A stretch of 64,000 bases of DNA from Acidimicrobiaceae bacterium (GTDB taxonomy: Bacteria; Actinomycetota; Acidimicrobiia; Acidimicrobiales; Aldehydirespiratoraceae): contig JAERSO010000102.1 in assembly GCA_016845585.1 (NCBI GenBank), forward strand, positions 23,086 to 87,085, written 5' to 3'. Both the position numbers and the translations under genes were made by a program. The notes beneath the pieces were generated by a model that was not told the DNA's origin, ran no database searches, and saw only the letters and a program-made list of their open reading frames with translations. Shown here in pieces: positions 1 to 9,769 of the stretch; position 1 is the stretch's first letter; each line of letters begins with the position of its first letter.

Positions 1-1
1 C

Positions 2-700
2 GAGCACGACGAGACGCTGTTCATCGTCATCCACCAGGTCTACGAACTCTGGTTCAAGCAGATCCTCCATGAGGTCGACTTCATCATCGGCGCCCTCGAC
101 GAGGACCGGATCAGCGCCGCGCAGAATCATCTCAAGCGGGTGTTGAAGATCCTCAAGACCCTGGTCGGTCAACTCGACGTGCTCGAGACCATGACCCCGG
201 CCGAGTTCGCCAGTTTCCGCGACTTCCTGGCCAATGCCAGCGGGTTCCAATCCGCACAGTTCCGTGAGCTCGAATTCGTCCTCGGGATCAAGGATCGCAT
301 CCAGCTCGACTGGTTCACCGGCGACGAGGGCGCACGCCTGCACCATCGCTACGAGTCCCCCACCGTGTGGGATGCGTTCGTCGGCGTCCTGCATCGCCAG
401 GGCGCACCAGTGCCCGCCGAGCTTCTGGAACGCGATGTCACCGAACCCGTCGTCGAGAACCCAGATCTCCAGGCGGTCATCATCGACCGCTATGGCGACG
501 AGGGGTTCGCCGGATTGTGCGAAACGCTGACCGACCTCGACGAAGGTCTGCAGGAATGGCGGTATCGCCACGTCATGATGGTCAAACGCACCATCGGCAC
601 GAAGATGGGGACAGGTGGCTCCGATGGAGCGGCCTATCTCGCCACCACACTCTTCCGGCCGGCCTTTCCCGACCTGTGGGCGGTGCGTACCGCGTTCTAG
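2..700 (+). CDS. kynA: Tryptophan 2,3-dioxygenase (5'-truncated by window edge)
   Basis: Frame 2 is open from the window start: EHDETLFIVIHQVYELWFKQ; also ASGFQSAQFRELE, WRYRHVMMVKRTIG and GTGGS, all TDO motifs; stop TAG at 698-700. Confidence 0.93.
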   Translation, partial: EHDETLFIVIHQVYELWFKQILHEVDFIIGALDEDRISAAQNHLKRVLKILKTLVGQLDVLETMTPAEFASFRDFLANASGFQSAQFRELEFVLGIKDRIQLDWFTGDEGARLHHRYESPTVWDAFVGVLHRQGAPVPAELLERDVTEPVVENPDLQAVIIDRYGDEGFAGLCETLTDLDEGLQEWRYRHVMMVKRTIGTKMGTGGSDGAAYLATTLFRPAFPDLWAVRTAF

Positions 701-733
701 ACAGGGTTGCTCCCTGTGGAGCAGGGTGAGCCC

Positions 734-1399
734 ATGAGCAATCCCGTAAGCCCGATCGTCGACTCCGCCGGAGCCCGAGCCCTCGTCGTGGAAGCAGTCG
801 AGGCTGCGGCCGGCTTCATCGGCCAGGAGGCCGTCGCAGAGCGATGGGACCAACCGTCTGCACTGGAGGGGATGACGGTCGGAGCACTCGCGGCCCACCT
901 CGTCCGGGCTGCCGGTTCGACCATCGCCTACCTCGACCGCACGCCAAGGGATGCGAAGCCCGATGGGGAACTCCTCACGCCGGTCACCTACTTCCACGCC
1001 GCCATCGATTCACCCATCCATGAGCAGATCAAGGATGTCTCCGCGGCGGAGGCCTCGGTCGGTCACGCCGAGATCGCGGCGAAGGCCCAGCAGCTGGCGG
1101 TGGATCTCGAGGTGCGCCTCGGCCAGGAACCCTCTGACCGTCTCGTGGCCGCCCTCGGCGGACGGCATCTCACCCTCGACGACTTCTGCCGCACGCGAAT
1201 GATCGAAGTGTTGCTCCATCTCGACGACCTCGCCGCGAGCGTGGACGAACCCCGACCGGAGACGGATCCGGCAGGGCCGGCGATCGTGATCGACATCTGC
1301 ATCGGGATCGCACGCAACCTCCACGGCGAGTGGGGCGTGCTCCACGCCCTGAGTCGTGCCGAGCGGGCGACGGGACCGGCCGTCTTCCCCGTCTTCTGA
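734..1399 (+). CDS. Mycothiol-dependent maleylpyruvate isomerase (MDMPI) N-terminal / DinB-superfamily protein
   Basis: WDQPSALEGMTVGALAAHL and RMIEVLLHLDDLA metal-binding His pattern; ATG at 734. Confidence 0.75.
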   Translation: MSNPVSPIVDSAGARALVVEAVEAAAGFIGQEAVAERWDQPSALEGMTVGALAAHLVRAAGSTIAYLDRTPRDAKPDGELLTPVTYFHAAIDSPIHEQIKDVSAAEASVGHAEIAAKAQQLAVDLEVRLGQEPSDRLVAALGGRHLTLDDFCRTRMIEVLLHLDDLAASVDEPRPETDPAGPAIVIDICIGIARNLHGEWGVLHALSRAERATGPAVFPVF

Positions 1400-1474
1400 C
1401 GCGTGGGCCGGGCTTCTCACCCCGGGCCAGGAGACGCGAAACTCGTACCGCTCACACCACTCTCGGGAGTCCCG

Positions 1475-3100
1475 ATGCCGAACATGACCGACTACGCCAC
1501 CGAACGCGAATCGTTCCACATCGATGTCCCGGAGACCTTCAACGCGGTTCGCGATGTCGTCGACGCTCAGGCCGCGGCCAACCCCGACGCCGCCGCGCTC
1601 CTCATGGTTTCACCCGACGGACTCGACGCGGACCGCTACTCCTTCGCCGAACTGAAGGACCGCACCAGCCAGGTTGCGAATGTGCTCGACGGACTCGGCG
1701 TCACCAAAGGTGACCGTGTGTTCGTGATGCTGCCTCGGGTCATCGGGTGGTACGACACGGTGCTGGGTACCGTGCGCCTCGGCGCAATTCCGATGCCGGG
1801 CACCTCACAGCTCACGCCCAAGGACATCGCCTACCGGATCAACCGGGCCGAGGCGAGCGTCGCGGTGACCGACGCAGACGGGGTGGCGAAGATCGACGCC
1901 ATACGCGACGAATGTCCCTCGCTGACGACGGTGATCGTGGCCGGGAGCGAGGCCGACGGCTGGATCGACCTCGATTCCGAGCGTGCCGCGGCGTCGACAT
2001 CGCCTCCTGACTCCGAGCCGACGTCCTCCACCGACCCTCTTCTCATCTACTTCACCTCCGGCACCACGGGTAACCCGAAGATGGTGCTCCACACCCATGC
2101 GTCGTACGGAATCGGTCACCAGATCACGGCCCGCTACTGGCAGGACCTCCAGGCCGGTGACGTCTTCTGGGGAGTCTCCGACACCGGGTGGGCGAAAGCC
2201 GCTTGGTCGAAGCTCTTCGGCCAGTGGGCGCTCGGTGCCACGGTCATGGCGTGGAACGCTCAGGGGAAGCCGGAGTTCTCCCAGATGCTTCGCATGATCA
2301 TCGATCACGGCGTCACCGTCTTCTGCGCGCCGCCGACGATCTACCGCAACTTCGTGGTCGAGGATCTCTCGCAGTACGCCTTCTCGAACCTGCGCCACTG
2401 CCTTGCCGCAGGCGAGGCGCTCAACCCGGAGACCTTCGAGAGCTGGAAAGCCGCCACCGGCACGGAGATCCATGACGGCTATGGTCAGACGGAGACGGTG
2501 AACCTGCTCGCCAACTACCAGTGCATGGACATCAAACCCGGCTCCCTCGGCAAGCCCACGCCCGGACTCGACGTCGCCGTCGTCGACGAGAACGGCACGC
2601 CGCTCCCGCCCAACTCCGAGGGTGTCATCGCCGTCAGGGTCAAGCCCGAGCGTCCGCGCTGGTTGTTCACCGAGTACTGGCGCGACGAGGAAGCCACCGC
2701 CAAGTCGCACGTCGGCGACTACTACCTCACCGGCGACCGGGCGTATCTCGACGAGGACGGCTACTTCTGGTTCCAGAGCCGCGACGACGACATCATCATC
2801 TCGGCGGGTTATCGCATCGGTCCCTTCGAGGTCGAGTCGGTGATCATGCAGCACCCGGCCGTCACCGAAGTGGCGGTCATCGGTGTACCCGACGATGTTC
2901 GCGGCGAAGTGGTGAAGGCATTCATCATCCTCGCCCCGGGCCATGATGCGTCGGACGACCTGGCGAGCGAGATCCAGAAGTACGTGCAGGAGACCACCGC
3001 GCCCTACAAGTACCCGCGCCACATCGAGTTCATCGACGAACTCCCGAAGACCGTTTCGGGCAAGGTGCGCCGAATCGACCTGCGCAAGCGCCCGGTCTGA
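1475..3100 (+). CDS. Acyl-CoA synthetase (AMP-binding, ACSM/short- to medium-chain type)
   Basis: YFTSGTTGNPK P-loop, GYGQTET, TGDRAY, YKYPR and LPKTVSGK. Confidence 0.92.
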   Translation: MPNMTDYATERESFHIDVPETFNAVRDVVDAQAAANPDAAALLMVSPDGLDADRYSFAELKDRTSQVANVLDGLGVTKGDRVFVMLPRVIGWYDTVLGTVRLGAIPMPGTSQLTPKDIAYRINRAEASVAVTDADGVAKIDAIRDECPSLTTVIVAGSEADGWIDLDSERAAASTSPPDSEPTSSTDPLLIYFTSGTTGNPKMVLHTHASYGIGHQITARYWQDLQAGDVFWGVSDTGWAKAAWSKLFGQWALGATVMAWNAQGKPEFSQMLRMIIDHGVTVFCAPPTIYRNFVVEDLSQYAFSNLRHCLAAGEALNPETFESWKAATGTEIHDGYGQTETVNLLANYQCMDIKPGSLGKPTPGLDVAVVDENGTPLPPNSEGVIAVRVKPERPRWLFTEYWRDEEATAKSHVGDYYLTGDRAYLDEDGYFWFQSRDDDIIISAGYRIGPFEVESVIMQHPAVTEVAVIGVPDDVRGEVVKAFIILAPGHDASDDLASEIQKYVQETTAPYKYPRHIEFIDELPKTVSGKVRRIDLRKRPV

Positions 3101-3103
3101 GCG

Positions 3104-4192
3104 TCAGTCGAGGGTGAGAACCAACGCTTCGGTGGGTCTCGCCCCCGACGCGAGGGCGTCCAGGTAGGCCGCCTGTATCGCCATCGGGCCGGACTCGGTG
3201 CGGACGTCGAGCCAGCCGCTCACCCATTCGGCGAACCGTGCCCAAGCGTCCGCGAAACGTTGGTGATAGGCAGCGTGTCCCTCCGCGGCCGCATGTTGCT
3301 CCGCGACGTCGGGGATGAAGAAGAACTTCGGCTCCGGTCCCGCAAGGGCGCCGCCCCCACCTCGAGCGTGGCGGTGCGTGCCTCCGACCCGGTAGCTCTT
3401 CGTGAGGCGATCACCGAACGCAGCGTGCACCTCGGTGGTGAGCGCGCCGTTCCCGGCCATGTCGACGAATGCCGCGGGTCCGTCGATCGACCCCAAGTCG
3501 AGCGAGTCGTAGGTGAGCACCCGGTCGTAGCACCCGAAGCTCCTGACGAGTTCGTCGTTGCTCGCCGAGGTGAGACCGACGATCTCGATGCCGGTGTCCG
3601 CAGCCGCGAGGCAATGGGCCATGGAGTACGCCGTCTTGCTGGAGGCGCTGGCGATCAGGACGGAACCAGCGCCGTGGTTGTCGCTGTCGATGAAGTCGTT
3701 GGCGAGTTCCCAGCCGGTCATGAACAACGCCCACAGCACCGGCTGCACGTCGTCGAAGCCGGCCCCGGAGACCGGGTCGGAGCCTGTGCGGTAGTACCGG
3801 TTGTACCAGGGGTGCGAGGCAGCACGATGCGCCGACGCGTCGAAGAAGCAGAGGTCGGAGACGTGATCAGCTTCGAGGACGAAGCGGATGGCCATCGGCA
3901 CATACCCGAAGATCCGCTCGCCAACCGGCATGTCGGCGTGCTCGCTGCGAGTCACCGCGGCGTATCCCCACGCCGGTACGCGGCCCCACTCCAATTCCGG
4001 AGCAGGGAAGAACGCCCAGTAGCCGAGCATGTCGCCTGCACCGGCATAGGAGATGTTGTTGGCGGTGAGACCGAAGCGCTCGACCTCGACCAGGACTTGA
4101 CCGGCCGTCAGCTCCACATCCGAATCAAGCTCCTCGATCAGGCGGACGTTCTCCAGCGAGGCCTTCTCGACGATCAGATCTGTGCGGGCCAC
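3104..4192 (-). CDS. DUF2855 family protein (MDR-like fold)
   Basis: ERFGLTANNISYA, GYWAFFP, WGRVPAWGYA, SASSKTA, FVDMAGN and FFFIP pattern; GTG start at 4192 chosen so it does not overlap the upstream gene. Confidence 0.75.
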   Translation of the reverse strand: MARTDLIVEKASLENVRLIEELDSDVELTAGQVLVEVERFGLTANNISYAGAGDMLGYWAFFPAPELEWGRVPAWGYAAVTRSEHADMPVGERIFGYVPMAIRFVLEADHVSDLCFFDASAHRAASHPWYNRYYRTGSDPVSGAGFDDVQPVLWALFMTGWELANDFIDSDNHGAGSVLIASASSKTAYSMAHCLAAADTGIEIVGLTSASNDELVRSFGCYDRVLTYDSLDLGSIDGPAAFVDMAGNGALTTEVHAAFGDRLTKSYRVGGTHRHARGGGGALAGPEPKFFFIPDVAEQHAAAEGHAAYHQRFADAWARFAEWVSGWLDVRTESGPMAIQAAYLDALASGARPTEALVLTLD

Positions 4193-4202
4193 GATCGGTC
4201 GA

Positions 4203-5246
4203 TCAGCCCGCAACCGGAGTGAGCCAGCCATGGGCGTCGGGAGCGGCGCCGATCTGAATGTCGGTGAGCGCCTGTCGGAGCTTCAGCGTGTTCGCACCGG
4301 GCTGGCCATCACCGACCGAGACCGTCTCACCGTGGAGCTTCAGGGTGCCAACCGGCGCGATGACGGCAGCCGTGCCGGAGAGGAATGCCTCACCCCGGCC
4401 GGCGTGCTCGGCGAGTTCCTCGAGGGAGATGTGGCGCTCCTCGATCCGGTAGCCGAGGTCGGCGCCGATGGCCAACACTGAGGAACGGGTGACACCGTGC
4501 AGGAATGAATCATCGAGTTCGCGCGTGATCAGACGGTCATCGTCGACGAGGAAGAAGTTGGCCGCACCCGTCTCGGTGATGTCGCCCTCCGAAGCGAAGA
4601 GAACCTGATCGGCTCCGTGGGCCGCCTTCGCATCCAACGTTGGGCCGAGCGCCATGGCGTAGTTGGCCCCGGCCTTCGCCCGACCGAACTGGGGCGTCGT
4701 CCGGGGCGTCTCGGTCTCCACATGAATCGTCAGTGGCCGCACGCCGCCGGCGAAGTAGTCCCCGACCGGCGAACAGAAGACGAAGAGCATCGAGGAGTCA
4801 CTCGGCGTGGCAGCGGCGCCGATGTTGATCTGGGTGCCGATCAGGGTCGGACGAATGTAGAGCGATCCTGGTGAATCAGGGGCGTACGCCGCGTTGGCTT
4901 CAACCGCGTCGATGATCATCGTCTTGACCAATTCGGTGTCGGGCACGGCCATGTAGAGCTGGGCCACCGTCTTCGTCATGCGGGCAGCGTGGTCATCGAG
5001 ACGAAAGATCGCCAGCGATCCGTCTTGCTGGCGGAACGCCTTGAGCCCCTCGAAGCACGTGCTCCCGTAGTGCAGCGCGTGGGTGGCCGGGTGCATGGAG
5101 AAGTTCTCCATCTGCTCAGCCGAACCGCTGTACTCGTACTCGCCGCCGGCCTCACGCTTCGCGATCGTGATCTGATCGCCGAACAGCGAGCCGAACGGCG
5201 CAGTGAAGGGGTCCCCGATCTCGACGGGTGTGGCTGGACTGGTCAT
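4203..5246 (-). CDS. ilvE: Branched-chain amino acid aminotransferase (PLP fold IV)
   Basis: LHYGSTCFEGLKA, LYIRP, AKAGANY (PLP lysine), ETGAANFF, LHGVTRSS, GTAAVIAPV. Confidence 0.88.
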   Translation of the reverse strand: MTSPATPVEIGDPFTAPFGSLFGDQITIAKREAGGEYEYSGSAEQMENFSMHPATHALHYGSTCFEGLKAFRQQDGSLAIFRLDDHAARMTKTVAQLYMAVPDTELVKTMIIDAVEANAAYAPDSPGSLYIRPTLIGTQINIGAAATPSDSSMLFVFCSPVGDYFAGGVRPLTIHVETETPRTTPQFGRAKAGANYAMALGPTLDAKAAHGADQVLFASEGDITETGAANFFLVDDDRLITRELDDSFLHGVTRSSVLAIGADLGYRIEERHISLEELAEHAGRGEAFLSGTAAVIAPVGTLKLHGETVSVGDGQPGANTLKLRQALTDIQIGAAPDAHGWLTPVAG

Positions 5247-5331
5247 GGTTCTCCCAATGTCGACCGGGCGTTCTTGGTGCAGCGTACGTGTGATCGGCAG
5301 TGTCGGGAAGCCATGGCGCTACTGTTCGGCC

Positions 5332-6339
5332 ATGCTCGCTGATTCACCGATCTCTTCGACCATTCCGTTGGACCAGTCGGGGGTTCACCACGGCCACCTG
5401 CATCTGCCCCACAGCCGTGATGATTCCGCCTACGGAGCGATCATGATCCCGATCTCGGTCATCAAGAATGGGGACGGACCGACCATTCTGCTCACCGGCG
5501 GGAACCATGGTGACGAGTACCACGGCCCGCTGGCCTTGACCCGCTTTCTCAGCACCATCGATCCCGACTCGATCACCGGGCGAGTCATCGTCGTGCCGTA
5601 CATGAACTACCCGGCGTTCACCGCGGGAGCCCGCACCTCACCCATCGACAGCGGCAATCTGAACCGCGTGTTCCCCGGGGCCCCGACGGGCACCGTCACC
5701 GAGAAGATCGCCGACTACATGACGCGGTACCTGCTCCCGATGGCCGATGCCGTTCTCGACATTCACGACGGCGGCCGCACGCTCGAGTTCATGCCGATGG
5801 CGTCCACCCATGTGTTGCACGACAAGGCCGACGAGGAACGGAACCGCAGAGCCGCCGCCGCCTTCGGTGCGCCGTACGTGACCTGCCTGGTCGAACTCGA
5901 CATGCTCGGCATGTGGGACTGCACCGTCGAAGAATCCGGCACACCATTCGTCACCACGGAGATCGGTGGCGGCGGCACAACCCGTCCCGAATGGATGCGA
6001 ATCACCAACGAGGGCGTGGTCAACATGCTGCGCCACTGGGGCGCCATGACCGGTGAGTGCACTCCAGCGCCATCGGCGGTGCTCGACATCCCCGAAGAGG
6101 GGGCCTACGTCGTGAGTACGAGCGAGGGCCTGCTCGAGTGGCTCGTCGATCTCGGCGAGGAGATCACCGACGGGCAGCCGATCGCCCGGGTCTACAGCAC
6201 GGTGCTCATGGGCTCGCCCGCCGAGGACATCCTCGCCACGATGGACGGCGTGCTCGCCATGCGCCACTTTCCCGGCAAGGTGAAGATGGGTGATGCAATC
6301 GCCATGCAGGCGACGCTGACCCCCGCGCCTAGTTCTTGA
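5332..6339 (+). CDS. doeB: N-alpha-acetyl-diaminobutyrate deacetylase (AstE/AspA family, DoeB/EutE)
   Basis: HLPHSRDDSAYGAIMIPISVIKNGDGPT, GGNHGDE, NLNR, DIHDGG and TEIGGGG match EutE/DoeB; adjacent to doeA. Confidence 0.85.
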   Translation: MLADSPISSTIPLDQSGVHHGHLHLPHSRDDSAYGAIMIPISVIKNGDGPTILLTGGNHGDEYHGPLALTRFLSTIDPDSITGRVIVVPYMNYPAFTAGARTSPIDSGNLNRVFPGAPTGTVTEKIADYMTRYLLPMADAVLDIHDGGRTLEFMPMASTHVLHDKADEERNRRAAAAFGAPYVTCLVELDMLGMWDCTVEESGTPFVTTEIGGGGTTRPEWMRITNEGVVNMLRHWGAMTGECTPAPSAVLDIPEEGAYVVSTSEGLLEWLVDLGEEITDGQPIARVYSTVLMGSPAEDILATMDGVLAMRHFPGKVKMGDAIAMQATLTPAPSS

Positions 6340-7513
6340 CGAAGAGTTGGCGCGGCACATCCGCGAGCAGCTCGTAGCCGGTCTCGGTGACGAGTACCGA
6401 CTCCGTGATCTCCAAACCCCAGTCGTCCTGCCAGAGCGCGGGCATGAAGTGGAATGTCATCCCCGGTTTCATCTCCGTGAGCTCGCCCGGGCGGATACTG
6501 ATGTTTCTCTCCCCCCAATCCGGCGGATAGCTGAGGCCGATGCCATATCCGGCCCGGCTCTCCTTGTCGAAGCCGTGGGAGCGGAGCTCGGTGATGAACG
6601 CGCGGTGCATCTCCTCGAACGTGGTGCCTGGTGCCACCGTGGCCAATCCGGCCGCGATCGATGACAGCAGCCCTTCCTCCGCAGCCAGCCATCGAGCCGG
6701 CGGCGGACCGAGGTGGACGGTGCGGGACAACGGCACGTGATAGCGGCGGAACACACCGGCGATCTCGAAGAATGTCCCCTCCCCCATCCGGAGCTCCCGG
6801 TCGTCCCAGGTCAGGTGGGCCGCGCTCGCATCAGCCCCCGTCGGCAGCATCGGCACGATGGCCGGATAGTCGCCGCCGTGTTCTCGAGTGCCGGTCACGC
6901 CCGTGTGATAGATCTCGGCGACCAGATCGTTCTTCCGCATGCCCGGTGTCATGATCTCGAGGATCCGTGCGTGCATTTTCGACACGATGGTGCCGGCGAT
7001 CCGCATGTACTCGATCTCCCGGGGCGATTTCACGAGCCGGAGCCAGTTCACGAGGCTGGTGGCATCGACCATCGATGCTCCGGGGAGATGCTCGAACAGT
7101 CGATCGTGCGCCCGAGCTGAGTAGTAGTAGTTGTCGTACTCGACACCGATCCGTCCCGCCGCCCAACCACGATCAGTCAGGATGGTCGCGGCGAGGTAGT
7201 CCATGGCGTGGCGTTGGGTCGACATCACGTAGTGGTCGGGATAGCCCACGATGTCCTCGTCGGTCAGGTAGGTGGTCCGCCTGGCGCCATTGGCGTCCAT
7301 GCCGCGGCCGAACCACACGGGATCGCCCAGAGCGCCGACGATCACGCACTGAGGCGTGTAGAAGGACCAGCCGTCGTAGCCGGTGAGCCACGACATGTTC
7401 GACGGGTCGTGGACGATCAGGGTGTCGATCCCGGCGTCGTCCATCGCGGCCCGAGTTGCGTTGAGACGGTCCGCGAACTCCTCGCGACTGAAATTGAGCG
7501 TCGCCGCACTCAT
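6329..7513 (-). CDS. doeA: Ectoine hydrolase (M24 fold, DoeA/EutD)
   Basis: DPSNMSWLTGYDGWSFY, GGDYPAIVPMLPTGADASAAHLTW, GYGIGLSYPPDWGER and MTFHFMPALWQDDWGLEITES. Confidence 0.9.
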   Translation of the reverse strand: MSAATLNFSREEFADRLNATRAAMDDAGIDTLIVHDPSNMSWLTGYDGWSFYTPQCVIVGALGDPVWFGRGMDANGARRTTYLTDEDIVGYPDHYVMSTQRHAMDYLAATILTDRGWAAGRIGVEYDNYYYSARAHDRLFEHLPGASMVDATSLVNWLRLVKSPREIEYMRIAGTIVSKMHARILEIMTPGMRKNDLVAEIYHTGVTGTREHGGDYPAIVPMLPTGADASAAHLTWDDRELRMGEGTFFEIAGVFRRYHVPLSRTVHLGPPPARWLAAEEGLLSSIAAGLATVAPGTTFEEMHRAFITELRSHGFDKESRAGYGIGLSYPPDWGERNISIRPGELTEMKPGMTFHFMPALWQDDWGLEITESVLVTETGYELLADVPRQLFVKN

Positions 7514-8694
7514 GTCGCGTCCAGCGCCTGAGCGAGATCCGCGAGCAGGTCATCGATGTGCTCGACCCCGGCGGAGTAGCGAACCAAGCCCTCGGGAATC
7601 CCCAGCGCTGCCCGCTCCTCGGGTGAGCACTCCACATGGCTCGTGGTGGCCGGCGGACCCACGGTCGTCTCCACCGCACCGAGGTTCGCGGCCCGGTGCG
7701 CGAGCCGCAGGTGGGGCAGGAACCGTCTCACCGCCTCGAGACCCCCGTCGATGGCGAAGCTGAGCATTCCGCCGAACCCGGTCATCTGCCCGGCCGCCAC
7801 CTCGTGCTGCGGGTGTGAGACCAGGCCCGGGTAGTTGACGGCGGTGACCTTGGGGTGTGACTCCAGAAAGGTCGCGACGGCCATGGCGTTCGCGGCCTGG
7901 CGCTCCACCCGCAACTGGAGTGTCTTCATTCCGCGCAGGAGTAGGTAGGCGGCCATGGGGTCGAGGGTTGCACCATTGATCTCGCGGTACTCGTAGACCT
8001 TCTTCACGAGATCCTCTCGTCCGACCACGACACCGCCGAGAGCGTCGGCGTGACCGCCGAGGAACTTCGTGGCGCTGTGGACCACCAGATCGGCCCCGAG
8101 GCTGATCGGAAGCTGGTTCACCGGTGTGGCGAACGTGTTGTCGACCACCACGGTGGCGCCCACGGCATGTCCCGCCGCGATGAGGCGCCGGAGGTCCAGC
8201 ACCTTGAGCGTGGGGTTCGTCGGGGTCTCGAGGTAGAGGAGATCGCAACCCGAGGCCACCGCGGCCTCGATCGCATCGGTGTCGGTGGTGTCGATCAGCT
8301 CACAGTGGATGCCGAATGCCGGCAGGAACTCCGTGAACAGCAGGCTGGTGCCACCGTAGGTGTCCTTCACCGAGACGACACGATTCCCGGGACGCAGCAA
8401 GGCATGCAACATGTTCGAGATCGCGGCCATGCCCGTCGAGGCGGAAGTCGCCGCTTCGCCTCCTTCGAGCAGGCGAACCTTCTCTTCGAACACCGCAACG
8501 GTCGGGTTGGTGTTCCGGCCGTAGATGTGGCCTTCCGCCGCGCCGGTCGCGACGTCGTACCACTCCTCGAAGTCGGGGTAGCCGAACGCAACGCTGTGCA
8601 CGACCGGCACCTGGGTGGCCCGATCGAGGAGGTAGTGCTCCTCGCCGCCCCACACCGTGAGTGAGGCAACGTCGAGTTCTCGAGGATTGGTCAT
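7510..8694 (-). CDS. Cystathionine gamma-synthase/methionine gamma-lyase family PLP enzyme
   Basis: YGRNTNPT, TGMAAI, LETPTNP, VDNTFATP, HSATKFLGGH (PLP lysine); ATGA overlap with doeA. Confidence 0.88.
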   Translation of the reverse strand: MTNPRELDVASLTVWGGEEHYLLDRATQVPVVHSVAFGYPDFEEWYDVATGAAEGHIYGRNTNPTVAVFEEKVRLLEGGEAATSASTGMAAISNMLHALLRPGNRVVSVKDTYGGTSLLFTEFLPAFGIHCELIDTTDTDAIEAAVASGCDLLYLETPTNPTLKVLDLRRLIAAGHAVGATVVVDNTFATPVNQLPISLGADLVVHSATKFLGGHADALGGVVVGREDLVKKVYEYREINGATLDPMAAYLLLRGMKTLQLRVERQAANAMAVATFLESHPKVTAVNYPGLVSHPQHEVAAGQMTGFGGMLSFAIDGGLEAVRRFLPHLRLAHRAANLGAVETTVGPPATTSHVECSPEERAALGIPEGLVRYSAGVEHIDDLLADLAQALDAT

Positions 8695-8755
8695 GCACGC
8701 CCTCTCAGCGTCGAATGGTGCGGCAAAGCTAGCCGCGGAGTCGTAGGTTCGTTCG

Positions 8756-9421
8756 GTGGACGATCAGCGACGCCAGGAGCTCTTCGAGGCTGCACTCGAC
8801 GGGTACGAAGAGGGGCCCGATGCCACGCTGCGGGCGACGGCCACCGGTCTCGCAGCAGCCGAGACGGCTCGATCAATCGTGCTCGTCGAAGGCGTCAGCG
8901 ACCAGATCGCACTCGAAACACTGGCTCACATCCTCGGCCGAGACCTCGCCGCGGAAGCCACTGTCGTTCTGCCGATGGGTGGGGCCCACGGCGTCGGTCG
9001 CTTCCTCACCCGGTTCGGTCCCCTCGGTAGCGGGCGCGTGATCGCCGGGCTCTGCGATGTCGGCGAAGAGGGGATCTTCCGCCGCGCCATCGTCGACGCG
9101 CGGCTCGGCACGCCGAAGGGCCGCAACGACCTCGCTGACCTGGGCTTTCACGTCTGCGACCTGGACCTCGAGGACGAACTCATCCGCGCCGCCGGCCAAT
9201 CGATGCTCGAATCACTGTTCGAGTCGCAGGGCGACCTCGGGTCCTTCCGAACGATGCAGAAGCAGCCGGAGTGGCGCGATCGGCCGTTCGAGTCGCAGGT
9301 TCGGCGATACTTCGGCTCCGGCCACCGGAGGAAGAGCCGCTATGCCGGTCTCATCGTCTCCGCCCTCGGGGCCGATGCTGCTCCCATGCCTCTTCGGGCC
9401 GCGCTCGATCATGTTGCCTAG
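8756..9421 (+). CDS. Stand-alone OLD-family-like TOPRIM domain protein
   Basis: VLVEGVSD, PMGGA, LCDVGE and DLEDEL match the OLD-type TOPRIM pattern; no ATPase domain. Confidence 0.7.
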   Translation: MDDQRRQELFEAALDGYEEGPDATLRATATGLAAAETARSIVLVEGVSDQIALETLAHILGRDLAAEATVVLPMGGAHGVGRFLTRFGPLGSGRVIAGLCDVGEEGIFRRAIVDARLGTPKGRNDLADLGFHVCDLDLEDELIRAAGQSMLESLFESQGDLGSFRTMQKQPEWRDRPFESQVRRYFGSGHRRKSRYAGLIVSALGADAAPMPLRAALDHVA

Positions 9422-9430
9422 GCTGACGCA

Positions 9431-9754
9431 ATGAGCGACGCACCAGAAGGCTGGACATTCACCGACTCCGGGAGCATGGCCTGGCAGGTCGTGGGCGAAG
9501 GCGTGGCCATGAAGGCGCTCGGCGCGGCCGACGGCCGCATGATCGCAACGTTCCAGTTCCAGCCCGGTTACGTGGGTGGCGCCCATCAACACGGCGAGCC
9601 CGAGTTCTCCTACATCCTCGAAGGCTCGCTGATCTCCCAGGGGGTACTCATGACGGCCGGTCACGCCTATGCCGCGCAATCCGGCACCGCCCACGACGAC
9701 TTCCGCACCGAGACGGGCTGCACGCTCGTCTCGGTCTTCGCAGTTCCCGGCTGA
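9431..9754 (+). CDS. Cupin domain protein
   Basis: GAHQHGEPEFSYILEG ... GTAHD cupin motifs. Confidence 0.8.
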   Translation: MSDAPEGWTFTDSGSMAWQVVGEGVAMKALGAADGRMIATFQFQPGYVGGAHQHGEPEFSYILEGSLISQGVLMTAGHAYAAQSGTAHDDFRTETGCTLVSVFAVPG

Positions 9755-9769
9755 GCCGTCCGGGCCACG

